This document shows positions 38,244 through 48,610 of a stretch of DNA of 64,000 nucleotides, piece by piece (the first letter of the stretch is position 1; every line of letters begins with the position of its first letter). This DNA comes from Bifidobacterium breve (GTDB lineage Bacteria > Actinomycetota > Actinomycetes > Nanopelagicales > Nanopelagicaceae): contig CAMCYA010000003.1 of NCBI GenBank assembly GCA_945883675.1, forward strand, positions 1,808-65,807, read 5' to 3'. The translations under genes were made by a program, and so were the position numbers. The notes beneath the pieces are model-generated. The model was not told the origin of the DNA and did not search any database. It worked only from the letters and a program-made list of their open reading frames with translations.

Positions 38244-40652
38244 TTACGGCTTAAGAAGAACCATTTTTCCTTTTTTGTTGGCAAGCAAATTTATACTTTT
38301 GTTTATTGTGAGCCACACACTATCAATTGGTTGTAATTCTTGAGAACTGGTTACTAGCCGAACTGAATTTTGATTGAGAATTTTTTGCTCGGTGTTAATC
38401 GCACATAAACGCTCTTGGCAGTTGTAGATGATTGTTTTTCCATTAGTGGAAAGATGCTCACCTGGTCGCCCAAAATTTCCACTTACAATCTTTGATATTT
38501 TTTTAGGTGAATCCACCTTCGTCCACCGAACTTCACTTGCAACCCCTGGTGTTGTTGATGGACCTGCCAACCAAGCAACCAGAGCAGAGTTACCAACATT
38601 TGCGATTGCAACATCGTAACCAGCTATAGATGAATTATTGGATGAGCGATCTAACTCTATGTATTGCCAATCAGATGGGTTTACTCCTGTACGACTTGCC
38701 ATACGAACTGAACCGGCCGTGACGCTTTTTCTTTCATCAAAGCCAGTTACAGAGTCATAGACAAGGTAGGTTGTTTCACCCACACGAACTGCTTTCATGT
38801 GAAAACTGACATCACCTGTACTTCGTCCATCAGTAGCTCGATCTCCGTCGACTAACTCATATTTCCAAGGACCACCATTAGATCTGACCGCTCCTAGAGT
38901 AATTCCTTGTGTTTGGTCGCGATAGAAAACTTGAATATCCGAGGCAGTGGTGACACAAGCATTCGAAACACTCACATCACTAGATGAACGCACACGAACG
39001 GGGTCTTCATAGTTGTTTACAGAGGGACCATTACCATCGATTACTTCAAAACTAAAAGATTTTCCATCATATTTTGCATAGCGAAGATCTTTTTCAGTCA
39101 CATCACTATAGAAGATGTGCATTGTTTGCAAAGGGGCAACGCCATTAACACAGAGACTGATTGCACTCGAGATCTCATTAGTTGTTCTTCCCTCTGTTCC
39201 GCCATTACCGTCAACTACGGTTTTTTTCCAAACCTTGCCATCAAATATCGCAAGCTTTAAATCTGCATTTTTACTATCGTTATAGGCAACAACAGGTTTA
39301 CCATTAAATGTAGCGCTTGCTAGATTTAATCCATCTGAATTAGCATCAAAACTGCTGCTCTTCCAACTTAATTGAGGAACAACTGCTTTAGTTTTAGCTT
39401 CAGCAGATACCCCTAGGGCATTTTTTGCAACCACTGCAAATGTGTATGAGGTTCCATTTCTTAACCCTGAAAATACAACAGGACTTGAATTAGATTTCTT
39501 TTCAACCCCAGTCTTGATGTTTTTAACAATGTATTCACTAATTTGTGATGTTCGAATGTTGGCAGGAGCATCAAAAGTTATGAGAGCCGATGCATCGCCA
39601 ACCAACGCTAAGGGATTGCGAGGGGCAAGTGGCAGGTCATTTGTTATCCCTGCAGCGGGTTTATTTCGTAAATCTTCCATCATCGCTAACATCAACGGAC
39701 CAGGCCCAATAAAAACCTCCCCAGAGTCAAGCCTTGGAGTCATTACTGAATCTAAACCGGCATTAGTAAAAGAAGTTTCATCTAAGTGTGATATCGATGA
39801 ACCAGGTTCATACGTTGACGGTGTAAACATTTTAGGTTTTACACCACCGTTTGCCTTAACACCTAGCGGGCCAGACCACACTAGCGAAGAAGTTAATGCT
39901 GTCCCCAACTCTTTGGACGGTGATGGTAAATCTGCTAATCGTTTTGCATCAGATGTCTGCAGATATGCATCAAAGGCTGTTGGCATGGACAACGTGCCAA
40001 CTCCAAAAGTTGGGTCGTATGAATCGTTTGAAGAAAAACCAAGACCATGACCAACCTCATGTAAAAAAACCGATTTTAAATCGTACTCAGTTCGGGTTGG
40101 TTGACCATCCCCACGAGAGTTCCATGGTGCTTCAGAGTTAACCTGGATAATTATTTCAGGATTATTTTTATCTAAATCTTTTCCAGAAAGTGCATTCGCA
40201 AGAGCTGACACATACCAAAGACCAGGATCCGGAGCTCCTGTGAAAGAAGAAAAATAACTCCCTCCGCGAGCACTTCCCAAAATGTTTTCTGATTTAGAAC
40301 GCTCCCATGTCGCGTCCACAGCAATTGCCACGGATGATCTGAAATTTGCCGCCCATATATCTAAAGATTCCTGAACTTCGTTTTTTGCCCAATCAGGAAA
40401 ATTGTTATAGGTGACATCAAACTTGGAAACTGCTTCAAGATTTTTAGCAGGAAGTTGGGCGGTGTTTGTACGAACCGAAGAAGATATATCGGAATCACCA
40501 GCGAGAACATGAACCCAGTTTGTGGCCGGCATCTGTCGAAAGGTAATTGCTTCAGCAGTTGGTATACCTAAACCTGACAGCAAAAGAGTGGATACGACCA
40601 ACAGTTTCACAGTAAGGGATGGGTGAATCAATTTGACCCTTAGGAATTGCAT
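38244..40652 (-). CDS. Secreted zinc metalloprotease-like protein with Fn3 and C-terminal repeat domain
   Basis: Signal peptide; HEVGHGLGF and GSSISHLDE; Fn3 motif (GLRNGTSYTFAVVAKNALG); repeated W..(E/T).(V/I)DG blades. Confidence 0.75.
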   Translation of the reverse strand: MQFLRVKLIHPSLTVKLLVVSTLLLSGLGIPTAEAITFRQMPATNWVHVLAGDSDISSSVRTNTAQLPAKNLEAVSKFDVTYNNFPDWAKNEVQESLDIWAANFRSSVAIAVDATWERSKSENILGSARGGSYFSSFTGAPDPGLWYVSALANALSGKDLDKNNPEIIIQVNSEAPWNSRGDGQPTRTEYDLKSVFLHEVGHGLGFSSNDSYDPTFGVGTLSMPTAFDAYLQTSDAKRLADLPSPSKELGTALTSSLVWSGPLGVKANGGVKPKMFTPSTYEPGSSISHLDETSFTNAGLDSVMTPRLDSGEVFIGPGPLMLAMMEDLRNKPAAGITNDLPLAPRNPLALVGDASALITFDAPANIRTSQISEYIVKNIKTGVEKKSNSSPVVFSGLRNGTSYTFAVVAKNALGVSAEAKTKAVVPQLSWKSSSFDANSDGLNLASATFNGKPVVAYNDSKNADLKLAIFDGKVWKKTVVDGNGGTEGRTTNEISSAISLCVNGVAPLQTMHIFYSDVTEKDLRYAKYDGKSFSFEVIDGNGPSVNNYEDPVRVRSSSDVSVSNACVTTASDIQVFYRDQTQGITLGAVRSNGGPWKYELVDGDRATDGRSTGDVSFHMKAVRVGETTYLVYDSVTGFDERKSVTAGSVRMASRTGVNPSDWQYIELDRSSNNSSIAGYDVAIANVGNSALVAWLAGPSTTPGVASEVRWTKVDSPKKISKIVSGNFGRPGEHLSTNGKTIIYNCQERLCAINTEQKILNQNSVRLVTSSQELQPIDSVWLTINKSINLLANKKGKMVLLKP

Positions 40653-40741
40653 GGTGCCAACGCTATCAGTGCGATAGCTATGGTTTAGGGTCAGTGGCAT
40701 GAGAGAACCATTCTCTAAGAGGTTTATCAGAATAGGAAGGA

Positions 40742-40999
40742 GTGGTGATGGAATTAGTCACGATATATAGTCGAAAAGAGTGCCACCTCTGCGAAGATGC
40801 CCTTAAAGTTTTGCAGGCAATGATGCACGAATTGAAATTTGAAGTAGTTGAAATATTTATTGACGGCAATGAAGATTTAGAAAAGAAGTATGGAGAACAA
40901 GTGCCTGTTACTTTAATTGATGGAGTGCACCATGATTATTGGAGAGTTGATCCAATAAGATTTAGATCTTCCCTTGAAACACATCGTCAGCATCGATAA
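40742..40999 (+). CDS. Glutaredoxin-like protein (DUF836)
   Basis: YSRKECHLC, YGEQVPV..IDG. Confidence 0.85.
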   Translation: MVMELVTIYSRKECHLCEDALKVLQAMMHELKFEVVEIFIDGNEDLEKKYGEQVPVTLIDGVHHDYWRVDPIRFRSSLETHRQHR

Positions 41000-42611
41000 T
41001 TTTGTAAGAGTAGCCCTGCTCAGCTAAAAAGCGCTGGCGATTTTGTGCAAAATCTTGGTCGATTGTGTCGCGAGAAATTACCGAATAAAACGTTGCACTT
41101 CTTCCATCTGATTTTGGGCGCAAGATTCGACCTAATCTCTGAGCTTCTTCTTGACGACTTCCAAATGCACCGGAAACTTGGATTGCAATTGTTGCATCTG
41201 GAAGATCAATAGAAAAATTAGCAACTTTTGAGACAACCAAACAGGTTATTTCACCAGTTCTAAATTTATTGAAAAGGACTTCGCGTTCCTTTACTGGTGT
41301 ATCTCCCTTAATAATAGGAACACCAAGGACTTCAGTGAGTTCATCGAGTTGATCAAGATACTGACCAATGACAAGAATTTGTTCGCCTTTATGTTTTTTA
41401 ACAAGTAACTCAACAACATCACGCTTGGTGCGAGTAGTCGCACATGTTCGATAGCGATTCTCCGGCTCTGCAGTTGCGTAAGTTAGGCGTTCAGCCTCAG
41501 TTAAATTAACTCTCACTTCAATACATTCTGCTGGGGCGATATACCCCTGAGATTCAATCTCTTTCCATGGAACGTCAAAGCGTTTTGGACCAATGAGTGA
41601 GAAAACCTCACCCTCCATTCCATCTTCTCTAACTAATGTCGCGGTAAGTCCAAGCCTGCGTCGAGACTGAATATCTGCGGTGAATCTAAAGATTGGCGCT
41701 GGAAGTAGATGAACTTCATCATAAATAATCAAGCCCCAGTCGTAGGAATCAAATAGATCTAAGTGCGCATAAACTCCGTTTTTCTTCTTTGTCATTACTT
41801 GATACGTAGCAATAGTGACAGGTCTAATTTCTTTTTTTGCACCAGAGTATTCGCCAATTTCATCTTCATTTAATGTAGTTCGCTTCAAAAGTTCATCTCG
41901 CCACTGGCGAGCAGCAACTGTATTCGTCACCAAAATTAATGTAGTTGCCTTTGCATGGGCCATTGCTGCTGCACCAACAATTGTTTTACCTGCACCACAA
42001 GGAAGAACTACTACTCCCGAACCACCATGCCAAAAACCTTCAGCTGCCAACTCTTGATATGGGCGAATCTTCCAATCTTTTTCTACCAAAGATATTTCAT
42101 GTGCCTGACCATCTACATAACCTGCAAAATCCTCAGCCGGCCAACCTAAGCGCAGAAGTGACTGTTTAATCTGACCACGTTGACTTGGCAGAACTGTGAT
42201 TGTTTCAGAATCGATTCTGGCACCCAGTAATGGAGCAATCTTTTTTGCACGGATTACTTCTTCAAGTACTGCTGTATCGGTAGTTATCAAAATTAAGCCA
42301 TGTACAGGATCCATCTCAAGCCGAAGGCGCCCATAGCGAGACATAGTTTCTGCGACGTCAATAAGAATTGAATGTGGCACTGCATACCGTGAATACTTAA
42401 TTAATGTATCAATAACCTGTTCTGCATCATGTCCTGCAGCACGGGCATTCCATAATCCAAGTGGAGTTAATCGATATGTGTGAATATGTTCTGGGGAGCG
42501 CTCTAACTCAGCAAATGGTGCAATCGCACGGCGGCACTCAACAGATAGAGGATGGTCGATATCTAACAGAAGTGTTTTATCACTCTGAACAATTAACGGA
42601 CCATCACTCAT
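40962..42611 (-). CDS. XPB/Ssl2-like DNA helicase
   Basis: GPLIVQSDKTLLL, LPCGAGKT, DEVH, GLTATL, QRLGRILRPK. Confidence 0.95.
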   Translation of the reverse strand: MSDGPLIVQSDKTLLLDIDHPLSVECRRAIAPFAELERSPEHIHTYRLTPLGLWNARAAGHDAEQVIDTLIKYSRYAVPHSILIDVAETMSRYGRLRLEMDPVHGLILITTDTAVLEEVIRAKKIAPLLGARIDSETITVLPSQRGQIKQSLLRLGWPAEDFAGYVDGQAHEISLVEKDWKIRPYQELAAEGFWHGGSGVVVLPCGAGKTIVGAAAMAHAKATTLILVTNTVAARQWRDELLKRTTLNEDEIGEYSGAKKEIRPVTIATYQVMTKKKNGVYAHLDLFDSYDWGLIIYDEVHLLPAPIFRFTADIQSRRRLGLTATLVREDGMEGEVFSLIGPKRFDVPWKEIESQGYIAPAECIEVRVNLTEAERLTYATAEPENRYRTCATTRTKRDVVELLVKKHKGEQILVIGQYLDQLDELTEVLGVPIIKGDTPVKEREVLFNKFRTGEITCLVVSKVANFSIDLPDATIAIQVSGAFGSRQEEAQRLGRILRPKSDGRSATFYSVISRDTIDQDFAQNRQRFLAEQGYSYKIIDADDVFQGKI

Positions 42612-43665
42612 TTAATAAATCCTTAATCAGCGCATGTAAAAACTTGCTTCGATCTTCAAGGGTACTGATATCAACCCATTCGTGCTTGGCATGAGCTCCA
42701 CTTCCGACAGCTCCCAATCCATCTAGAACCTGTGCACCTGCCGCCGCGGCGAAGTTTCCATCACTTGCACCTCCAACGGATGCATGGCCTAGAACAGGCA
42801 TGCCAATTTCTTTTGCAACTTTTTCAGCGCGTTCATATAGAGCCATAGTCGATGAAGTTTCTAATGGAGGTCTGTTGAAACCACCAGTAACTTCATATCT
42901 TGTCTCTGGATTAACTGGAACTATTGCTTTGATCGCTGCATCAACTCTCTCTAGTTCAGCCATTGAGAAAGAGCGGATATCGATATCGAGAACTGCTAAA
43001 TCTGGAACTGTATTTGTTGTATTTCCTGCCGTTAGAGTTGTAGGAACTACTGTTGTTCCAAATTGAGTATTTGCAAGGTTTGAAACTGCGATAACAACGT
43101 GGGCCATCTCAACGGTTGCATTAACACCTTTTTCTGGTTCTAGGCCAGCATGGGATGCTTTACCCAAAACTTTTATTTGATACATCGCAGTACCTTTTCG
43201 CCCAGTTTTAACTTTTCCCTCTAAAGAAGCTTCGACAACAAGAACTGACTTTGCTTTCGCAGATATCTCTTTAATAAAATCTTTACTTGTAAGACTTCCT
43301 GTCTCTTCATCTGTTGTAGCAACAAGTGCAACCGGTCCCTTAATGGATTTCATCGCGTATAAAGCTTGAATAAAACCAGCCTTCATATCAAAAATACCTG
43401 GGCCTCTGGCTGTCGTTCCTTCTATCTGCCATAGCGGTTCAAAGGATCCTTTAGGCCAAACAGTATCTAGATGGGCCAAGACAATAACTTCTGGATTAGG
43501 TGAGCCCCACCAAAAAACTGGCCGACCATTTATATCTCGTATCTCAGCTGGAGAATCTAAAACACGAGATGCGATATCACTGGCCAAGCGAACAACACTT
43601 TTGCAAGCTTCTAAATCTTGCGTTGGTGATTCCAACCTTACGAGCGCTTCTAGGTCTGCCAACAT
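42604..43665 (-). CDS. M20 family metallopeptidase (glutamate carboxypeptidase G2-like)
   Basis: HLDTVW, GPGIFDMKAG, DEETGS, HAGLEPEKG, GGASDGN, GAHA. Confidence 0.9.
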   Translation of the reverse strand: MLADLEALVRLESPTQDLEACKSVVRLASDIASRVLDSPAEIRDINGRPVFWWGSPNPEVIVLAHLDTVWPKGSFEPLWQIEGTTARGPGIFDMKAGFIQALYAMKSIKGPVALVATTDEETGSLTSKDFIKEISAKAKSVLVVEASLEGKVKTGRKGTAMYQIKVLGKASHAGLEPEKGVNATVEMAHVVIAVSNLANTQFGTTVVPTTLTAGNTTNTVPDLAVLDIDIRSFSMAELERVDAAIKAIVPVNPETRYEVTGGFNRPPLETSSTMALYERAEKVAKEIGMPVLGHASVGGASDGNFAAAAGAQVLDGLGAVGSGAHAKHEWVDISTLEDRSKFLHALIKDLLNE

Positions 43666-43674
43666 GATCTAAGT

Positions 43675-45870
43675 CTATAACGGTGCAACGCCGGTGATGC
43701 GGGGGATTCTGAAGGATTGAACCTCCCCGGTTGCATGATCGCGCGCAATTAAAGAGCCTGCAGTAATTCGAATCGGATCAATAATTCTGTGGGTCACTCC
43801 GCCATTGTTATCGGCATAACCTATCGAGAGGGTTTTTTCCTCAGAAATGAACTGATTCAAAATATCCATCGTCTCATTTGCAGTACTTCGTGGAAGTGCA
43901 CCCAATGCTTCATTTGCTACTTGGCGCAATCGTGTTTGGCGATGAGTTGATTTCTCGCCAGTTCGTAAAGATCGAATAGCGGCAGTTAAGGAATCATCTG
44001 TTGGAATTTCAACTTCTCCGATAATGCGCGGTGGTCTTGGTTTAGTCAGGGCTCGATTTGATTTCACGCCAGTTAAAATCATTCCATTTGCCGATTCACC
44101 TGCAGGCAAGTAACCACTTTCGCGCAAAATGCGCATGGCATCGGTTGCATCCATGTCGCAAATAACAACTTCAGGTGCAATACGCCGAAGACCTAAAATC
44201 TCTAATTTCTTATCGTTAACAATCTGAGAAATTAAAGCTGTATCTTCACAGCGTATAAAAGAAGACGTGTTTCCGACACGTAATTTTCCATGTTTTTTTG
44301 CAACATCTGCAATTAAATACTCAAGTGGTTGTGGCATAGGTGTTTTAGATGTTTTTGCAAGGAATGATTTAATTTCATCACCAGTTTTGCCATGATCAAG
44401 TGCGCGACGAATTGTTGCTTCGGTGAATCTATAGACAGTCGCTCCTCCTCGGCTTTCAATTTCAGCCATCATTGCAAGTGCCTGTGAAATTTCATGCTCG
44501 AGTGGGCCTGGTGCAATTGCTGTGTTATCACTCTGAATCAATATGTGATCAACAGTTTTTGGCAAATCTTGATTAATTACTTCTAAGTCATCTCCATTTA
44601 TAAAACCAACTCCATATTTTGAGATCGCTCCCTGCCCAGTTATCCCTAACCATTCAGCCTCTCTCAAAGTCCATTCCGCTAATTCATCTTGTAATGAAGA
44701 GTTTCGCCGAACCGGGGCGCGCCAATCCAATACAGATTTAAAACTATTCCAGTCAGGTGCAATCTCTGGATTTTCAATTAATAAGGCAAGTGTTAAACCT
44801 CTGATCTTGGATGCATTTACTCGATCTAACTCGGGTCCCAGAGCAGCAACATTTTTGGATTCTAAACGGCTGACTAAACCACTTACTCGAGATGTAATTA
44901 ACCACTGCGATGCCAGCATCTGCCAGCGATCTGCAGGAGATTGCATTAACCAAATATCAAATTTATTACTTGGCAAAATCTGATCATTTGCATCAATACT
45001 GATAAGCGATGCTAAGTATGCAAGCTCAGCGATAAATGCCGTACAGGCTTCATCAACACCTAGGTGGGTTGAAAGAACTTTGAGATCTCGTACTCCTAAT
45101 CCACCTGCACGCAAAGCATCTGCAGGCTCTTCTGCCCAAAAATTAAGCAGCTCTTCAACCCAACGTAGAACAGTTGAGACATTCGCGATTGCAGCCAAAT
45201 CAATTTGCTTCTTGTCGCGTTTTGTTCCTGTCAGTTCTGGCTGTCTAACGTTTACTTGCTTGTGAATCTTTTTACCGCGAAGTTCGATCGCAACTTCGCG
45301 CGGAAGAATTACTGTCCGCTGATCAAGTGCAACCAAAAATTTCTTTTCCAAGAGCCAAGAGACTCCAGGACTTGGATTTTTAACGTCTCCAACGCTTCCT
45401 CTTGGAGGCCCCCATATCAACCGTTCTAAAATCTTTTTCGAATCTGCGGGCGCATCTGCCAATTCATTTAACTTCAATTTGACCATAGATGCTGGTCCGA
45501 GACCAGCAGGTTCGCCGCCAATAACTTCACGAAGTTGGGTTGGAACTCTTAATCCATCATCAGATGGATACACCAATCCAATTTTAACTAAATGATCCAA
45601 ACCAGATGATGCTTCTTTGTCTGTGAGGGATGCAATAGTTTTTGCTGTAAAGGGTTCATTCACACTTGCTGTTGCTTCAAGAACTTGTAACTGCCATTGA
45701 TTTAATGAATCGATTGCACGCGCCAAACTTGGAGCAGAACAAGCACGAACAGCAAGTGAGGCAATATCTGGTGGTACTGGAGAAACTAAATCTGGTCGTG
45801 CAGAAAAGAGAGAAATAAAGGCAGCATCATCAACACTACGCAAGTAGTCGGAGAATGAGCGCATTTCCAT
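43675..45870 (-). CDS. XPB-associated helicase-domain protein with C-terminal WYL domain (Rv0862c-like)
   Basis: RPDL..PVP, LRAGGLGVRDLK, LIQSDNTAIAPGPL, ESRGGATVYRF, C-terminal R.IDP....G...FRIPRI. Confidence 0.85.
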   Translation of the reverse strand: MEMRSFSDYLRSVDDAAFISLFSARPDLVSPVPPDIASLAVRACSAPSLARAIDSLNQWQLQVLEATASVNEPFTAKTIASLTDKEASSGLDHLVKIGLVYPSDDGLRVPTQLREVIGGEPAGLGPASMVKLKLNELADAPADSKKILERLIWGPPRGSVGDVKNPSPGVSWLLEKKFLVALDQRTVILPREVAIELRGKKIHKQVNVRQPELTGTKRDKKQIDLAAIANVSTVLRWVEELLNFWAEEPADALRAGGLGVRDLKVLSTHLGVDEACTAFIAELAYLASLISIDANDQILPSNKFDIWLMQSPADRWQMLASQWLITSRVSGLVSRLESKNVAALGPELDRVNASKIRGLTLALLIENPEIAPDWNSFKSVLDWRAPVRRNSSLQDELAEWTLREAEWLGITGQGAISKYGVGFINGDDLEVINQDLPKTVDHILIQSDNTAIAPGPLEHEISQALAMMAEIESRGGATVYRFTEATIRRALDHGKTGDEIKSFLAKTSKTPMPQPLEYLIADVAKKHGKLRVGNTSSFIRCEDTALISQIVNDKKLEILGLRRIAPEVVICDMDATDAMRILRESGYLPAGESANGMILTGVKSNRALTKPRPPRIIGEVEIPTDDSLTAAIRSLRTGEKSTHRQTRLRQVANEALGALPRSTANETMDILNQFISEEKTLSIGYADNNGGVTHRIIDPIRITAGSLIARDHATGEVQSFRIPRITGVAPL

Positions 45871-45910
45871 AACTTGCTTACATTACAGGGATAAAGGGTT
45901 AAGTAGTTAA

Positions 45911-46678
45911 TCAACCTTTGCGCTTGCGAGGAGTAAGCCACGTTGCAAGGGCAGCAAGACGCACCACAACAGGTGAGATTGCCCTGCCAATGAATCTAGC
46001 TTTTCGAAAATCATGAATGGGCCAACCTTCAGCCATGGCGCGCAATCCAAGCAATGCATCCGGATTGATTACAGATGGATGTCCAACACTTTGCAGAAGT
46101 GGTAAGTCATTATTGCTATCAGAATATGCAAAACAATTTTCCAAATTTAAGCTATTATTTTTTGCTAGTTCAATAATTGCAATTGCTTTTTCTTTACCAT
46201 GCAATAGTGGTCCGTTCATATTTCCAGTGTAAATCTGATTTTTTATCTCTGCTTTACTACCAAGTGCGCCAGTTAGGCCAAGTCTTTTTGCAATCAAGGT
46301 AGCCATATCCTCTGGGGCGGCAGTTACTAAATAAACATCATCCCCATTTGCGATGTGAGTTTGGGCGATATCAATTGTTCCCTGCCACAAAGCTGGTGAA
46401 ACGAATTCATCATAAATCTCTTCTGCAATTGCTTGAATGTCAGCAACATTATGGCCACCAATAAAATCTGTGGCTGCATCTTGAAATCTCTGAATCTCTT
46501 CTTTTTTCTCTTTACCAGTTAAGCGAAATCTCAGGTTGGCTAGAACAAAACGAGAGATATCCTTTTTTGTGAAATATCCGCGCTGGTACATTCCCCGGCC
46601 TAAGAAATAAATCGTTGAGCCCCGAATAAGCGTGTTATCTACATCAAAAAAGGCAGCCCGTTTATCTGTGAGTGCCAT
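45911..46678 (-). CDS. HAD-IB family hydrolase (SerB-like)
   Basis: AAFFDVDNT, GKEKA, YSDSNNDLPLL, INPD. Confidence 0.9.
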   Translation of the reverse strand: MALTDKRAAFFDVDNTLIRGSTIYFLGRGMYQRGYFTKKDISRFVLANLRFRLTGKEKKEEIQRFQDAATDFIGGHNVADIQAIAEEIYDEFVSPALWQGTIDIAQTHIANGDDVYLVTAAPEDMATLIAKRLGLTGALGSKAEIKNQIYTGNMNGPLLHGKEKAIAIIELAKNNSLNLENCFAYSDSNNDLPLLQSVGHPSVINPDALLGLRAMAEGWPIHDFRKARFIGRAISPVVVRLAALATWLTPRKRKG

Positions 46679-46728
46679 GTCACTACCCTAGCGAATCATG
46701 GAGTTTATGGACGCTTTATGCTTAACCC

Positions 46729-47352
46729 ATGAGTTCAACTGTGCACGTTCTTAGACATGGTGAAGTCCATAATCCTGAAAAAATTCTTTATGGGCGGCAA
46801 CCAGGTTGGAGATTATCTGAGCGCGGACAAGAGATGGCTTCCACAATCGGAGAGTGGTCTAAGAATCTTGATTTAGGCGCGTTACATGTCTCACCTTTAC
46901 AACGCGCACAAGAAACAGCAGCGCCAATTGCAAAAGCGCACAATATTGAAATTACAACGGACGAGAGATTAATCGAAGCTGCAAATATTTTTGAGGGTAA
47001 ACCATTTGGCGTTGGCGACGGAGTGTTACGACACCCTGCCTCATGGAGACATCTTTTGAATCCGTGGAAACCATCTTGGGGCGAACCATACGATCAACAG
47101 ATCAATCGTATGTTGGCAGCAGTTTTCGCAGCGCGTGATGCAGCAAAAGGTAAAGATGCAATTTGTGTTTCTCATCAATTACCGATTTGGATTTTACGAA
47201 GTGCAATTGAAAACCGCAGACTTTTGCATGATCCCCGCAAGCGCGAATGCACCTTGGCCTCTGTAACAAGTATTCATTTTGATGATGAGGGCTTCATTTC
47301 AGGACTCACATACTCCGAACCTGCCAGACATCTTTTACCAGAAAAAAACTAA
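46729..47352 (+). CDS. Histidine phosphatase family protein
   Basis: RHGEVHNP, SPLQRAQETA, VSHQLPI. Confidence 0.9.
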   Translation: MSSTVHVLRHGEVHNPEKILYGRQPGWRLSERGQEMASTIGEWSKNLDLGALHVSPLQRAQETAAPIAKAHNIEITTDERLIEAANIFEGKPFGVGDGVLRHPASWRHLLNPWKPSWGEPYDQQINRMLAAVFAARDAAKGKDAICVSHQLPIWILRSAIENRRLLHDPRKRECTLASVTSIHFDDEGFISGLTYSEPARHLLPEKN

Positions 47353-47888
47353 TGAAGAGATTTACCATTGCTCTAATTCTTGTCATCACATTGACGGGAT
47401 GCGGTGGTGGTGGAACTTCTGTCTCTGAGGAAAGTTTCGTCTCTGGAGATGGTGCAGTTACATTTATTAAATCAACTGACAGAAAAATATCTCCAACAAT
47501 TTCAGGAATGACATTGTCCGGCAAGAATTACACATATACAAAGAATAAAGTTGCAGTTGTAAATGTCTGGGCCTCATGGTGCTCACCATGTCGGGCGGAA
47601 GCTCCAACACTTGTTGCATTAGCAAACAAATACTCCGAGGTTGAATTCATAGGGATATTAACGAGAGATAATCCAGCAAATGCTGAAGCTTTTGAACGAA
47701 GATTTAAGATCCCATATCCAACGGTGATTGATGATTCAATTTTGTCTGGCTTCAGAGGCTCGTTATCTGCAAATGCAATCCCTACAACTGTAATCCTTGA
47801 TGAACAAGGGCGCGTGGCTGCACGAATCTCAGGTGTTGTGACCGTGGCTTCTTTGTCTCAACTGATTGAAAGAGTTAGCCAAGAATGA
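47352..47888 (+). CDS. TlpA/ResA thiol-disulfide oxidoreductase lipoprotein
   Basis: Lipobox LTGC, WASWCSPCRAE, IPTT. Confidence 0.92.
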   Translation: MKRFTIALILVITLTGCGGGGTSVSEESFVSGDGAVTFIKSTDRKISPTISGMTLSGKNYTYTKNKVAVVNVWASWCSPCRAEAPTLVALANKYSEVEFIGILTRDNPANAEAFERRFKIPYPTVIDDSILSGFRGSLSANAIPTTVILDEQGRVAARISGVVTVASLSQLIERVSQE

Positions 47889-48610
47889 AAGAATTTTTAG
47901 TTGAGCAACTCTTTAGTGGAGCGATTATTGCTGCTATTCCATTTGCTTTTGTCGTGGGCGTAGTTTCGTTTTTATCACCATGCGTTCTACCTCTTGTTCC
48001 AGGCTACTTGTCTTTTGCCGCAGGATTTTCTGTAAACCGAGGTAAGGTGTTTTTAGGATCATTACTATTTGTTTTTGGATTTAGTGCGGTTTTTATTTAT
48101 TTTGGTGCTTTGTTTGGCGAGCTAGGCAATCAATTAGTTGCAAATGAAGAGATAATTTCAAGAATTTTGGGAATCATGACAATATTTTTAGGCTTTGTCT
48201 TTTTTGGAAAGTTCCCGTTTTCACCAACAATTCGTCCAAAAATGCGAACAACAGGTGGCCTATTGGGTGCACCGTTGTTGGGAGTTCTCTTTGGAATTGG
48301 TTGGACTCCATGCATTGGCCCTGGACTAGCAGCTGTTCAAACTTTGGCTTTTCAAGAATCTAGTGCACTTCGTGGCGCTGTACTCTCATTTGCTTACTGC
48401 CTTGGTTTGGGATTGCCATTTATCGCTTCAGGATTATTTTTGGATAAATCAACCAAACTTCGCCGGATTATCTATCGCCGGGGAGATGTAATATCAAAAA
48501 TCGGTGGGACATTTTTGATTTTGATTGGCTTATTACAGGTTCTTGGCCTTTGGTCAGAGTTAATGAACTCAATGCGTGGCCTTATCTCTGACTTTATTCC
48601 GGTGATCTAA
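47885..48610 (+). CDS. ccdA: Cytochrome c biogenesis protein CcdA
   Basis: SFLSPCVLPLVPGY, WTPCIGP. Confidence 0.93.
   Translation: MKEFLVEQLFSGAIIAAIPFAFVVGVVSFLSPCVLPLVPGYLSFAAGFSVNRGKVFLGSLLFVFGFSAVFIYFGALFGELGNQLVANEEIISRILGIMTIFLGFVFFGKFPFSPTIRPKMRTTGGLLGAPLLGVLFGIGWTPCIGPGLAAVQTLAFQESSALRGAVLSFAYCLGLGLPFIASGLFLDKSTKLRRIIYRRGDVISKIGGTFLILIGLLQVLGLWSELMNSMRGLISDFIPVI

Noticed and set aside
36095-40141. Long antisense ORFs (130, 213 and 202 aa)
   Set aside because: They lie opposite proC and the two secreted-protein genes; stop-poor antisense frames with no motifs or initiation signals.
40962-45870. Helicase plus WYL protein as a novel anti-phage defence island
   Set aside because: Matches the conserved actinobacterial XPB and partner pair in a housekeeping context; no nuclease, methylase or mobility genes.
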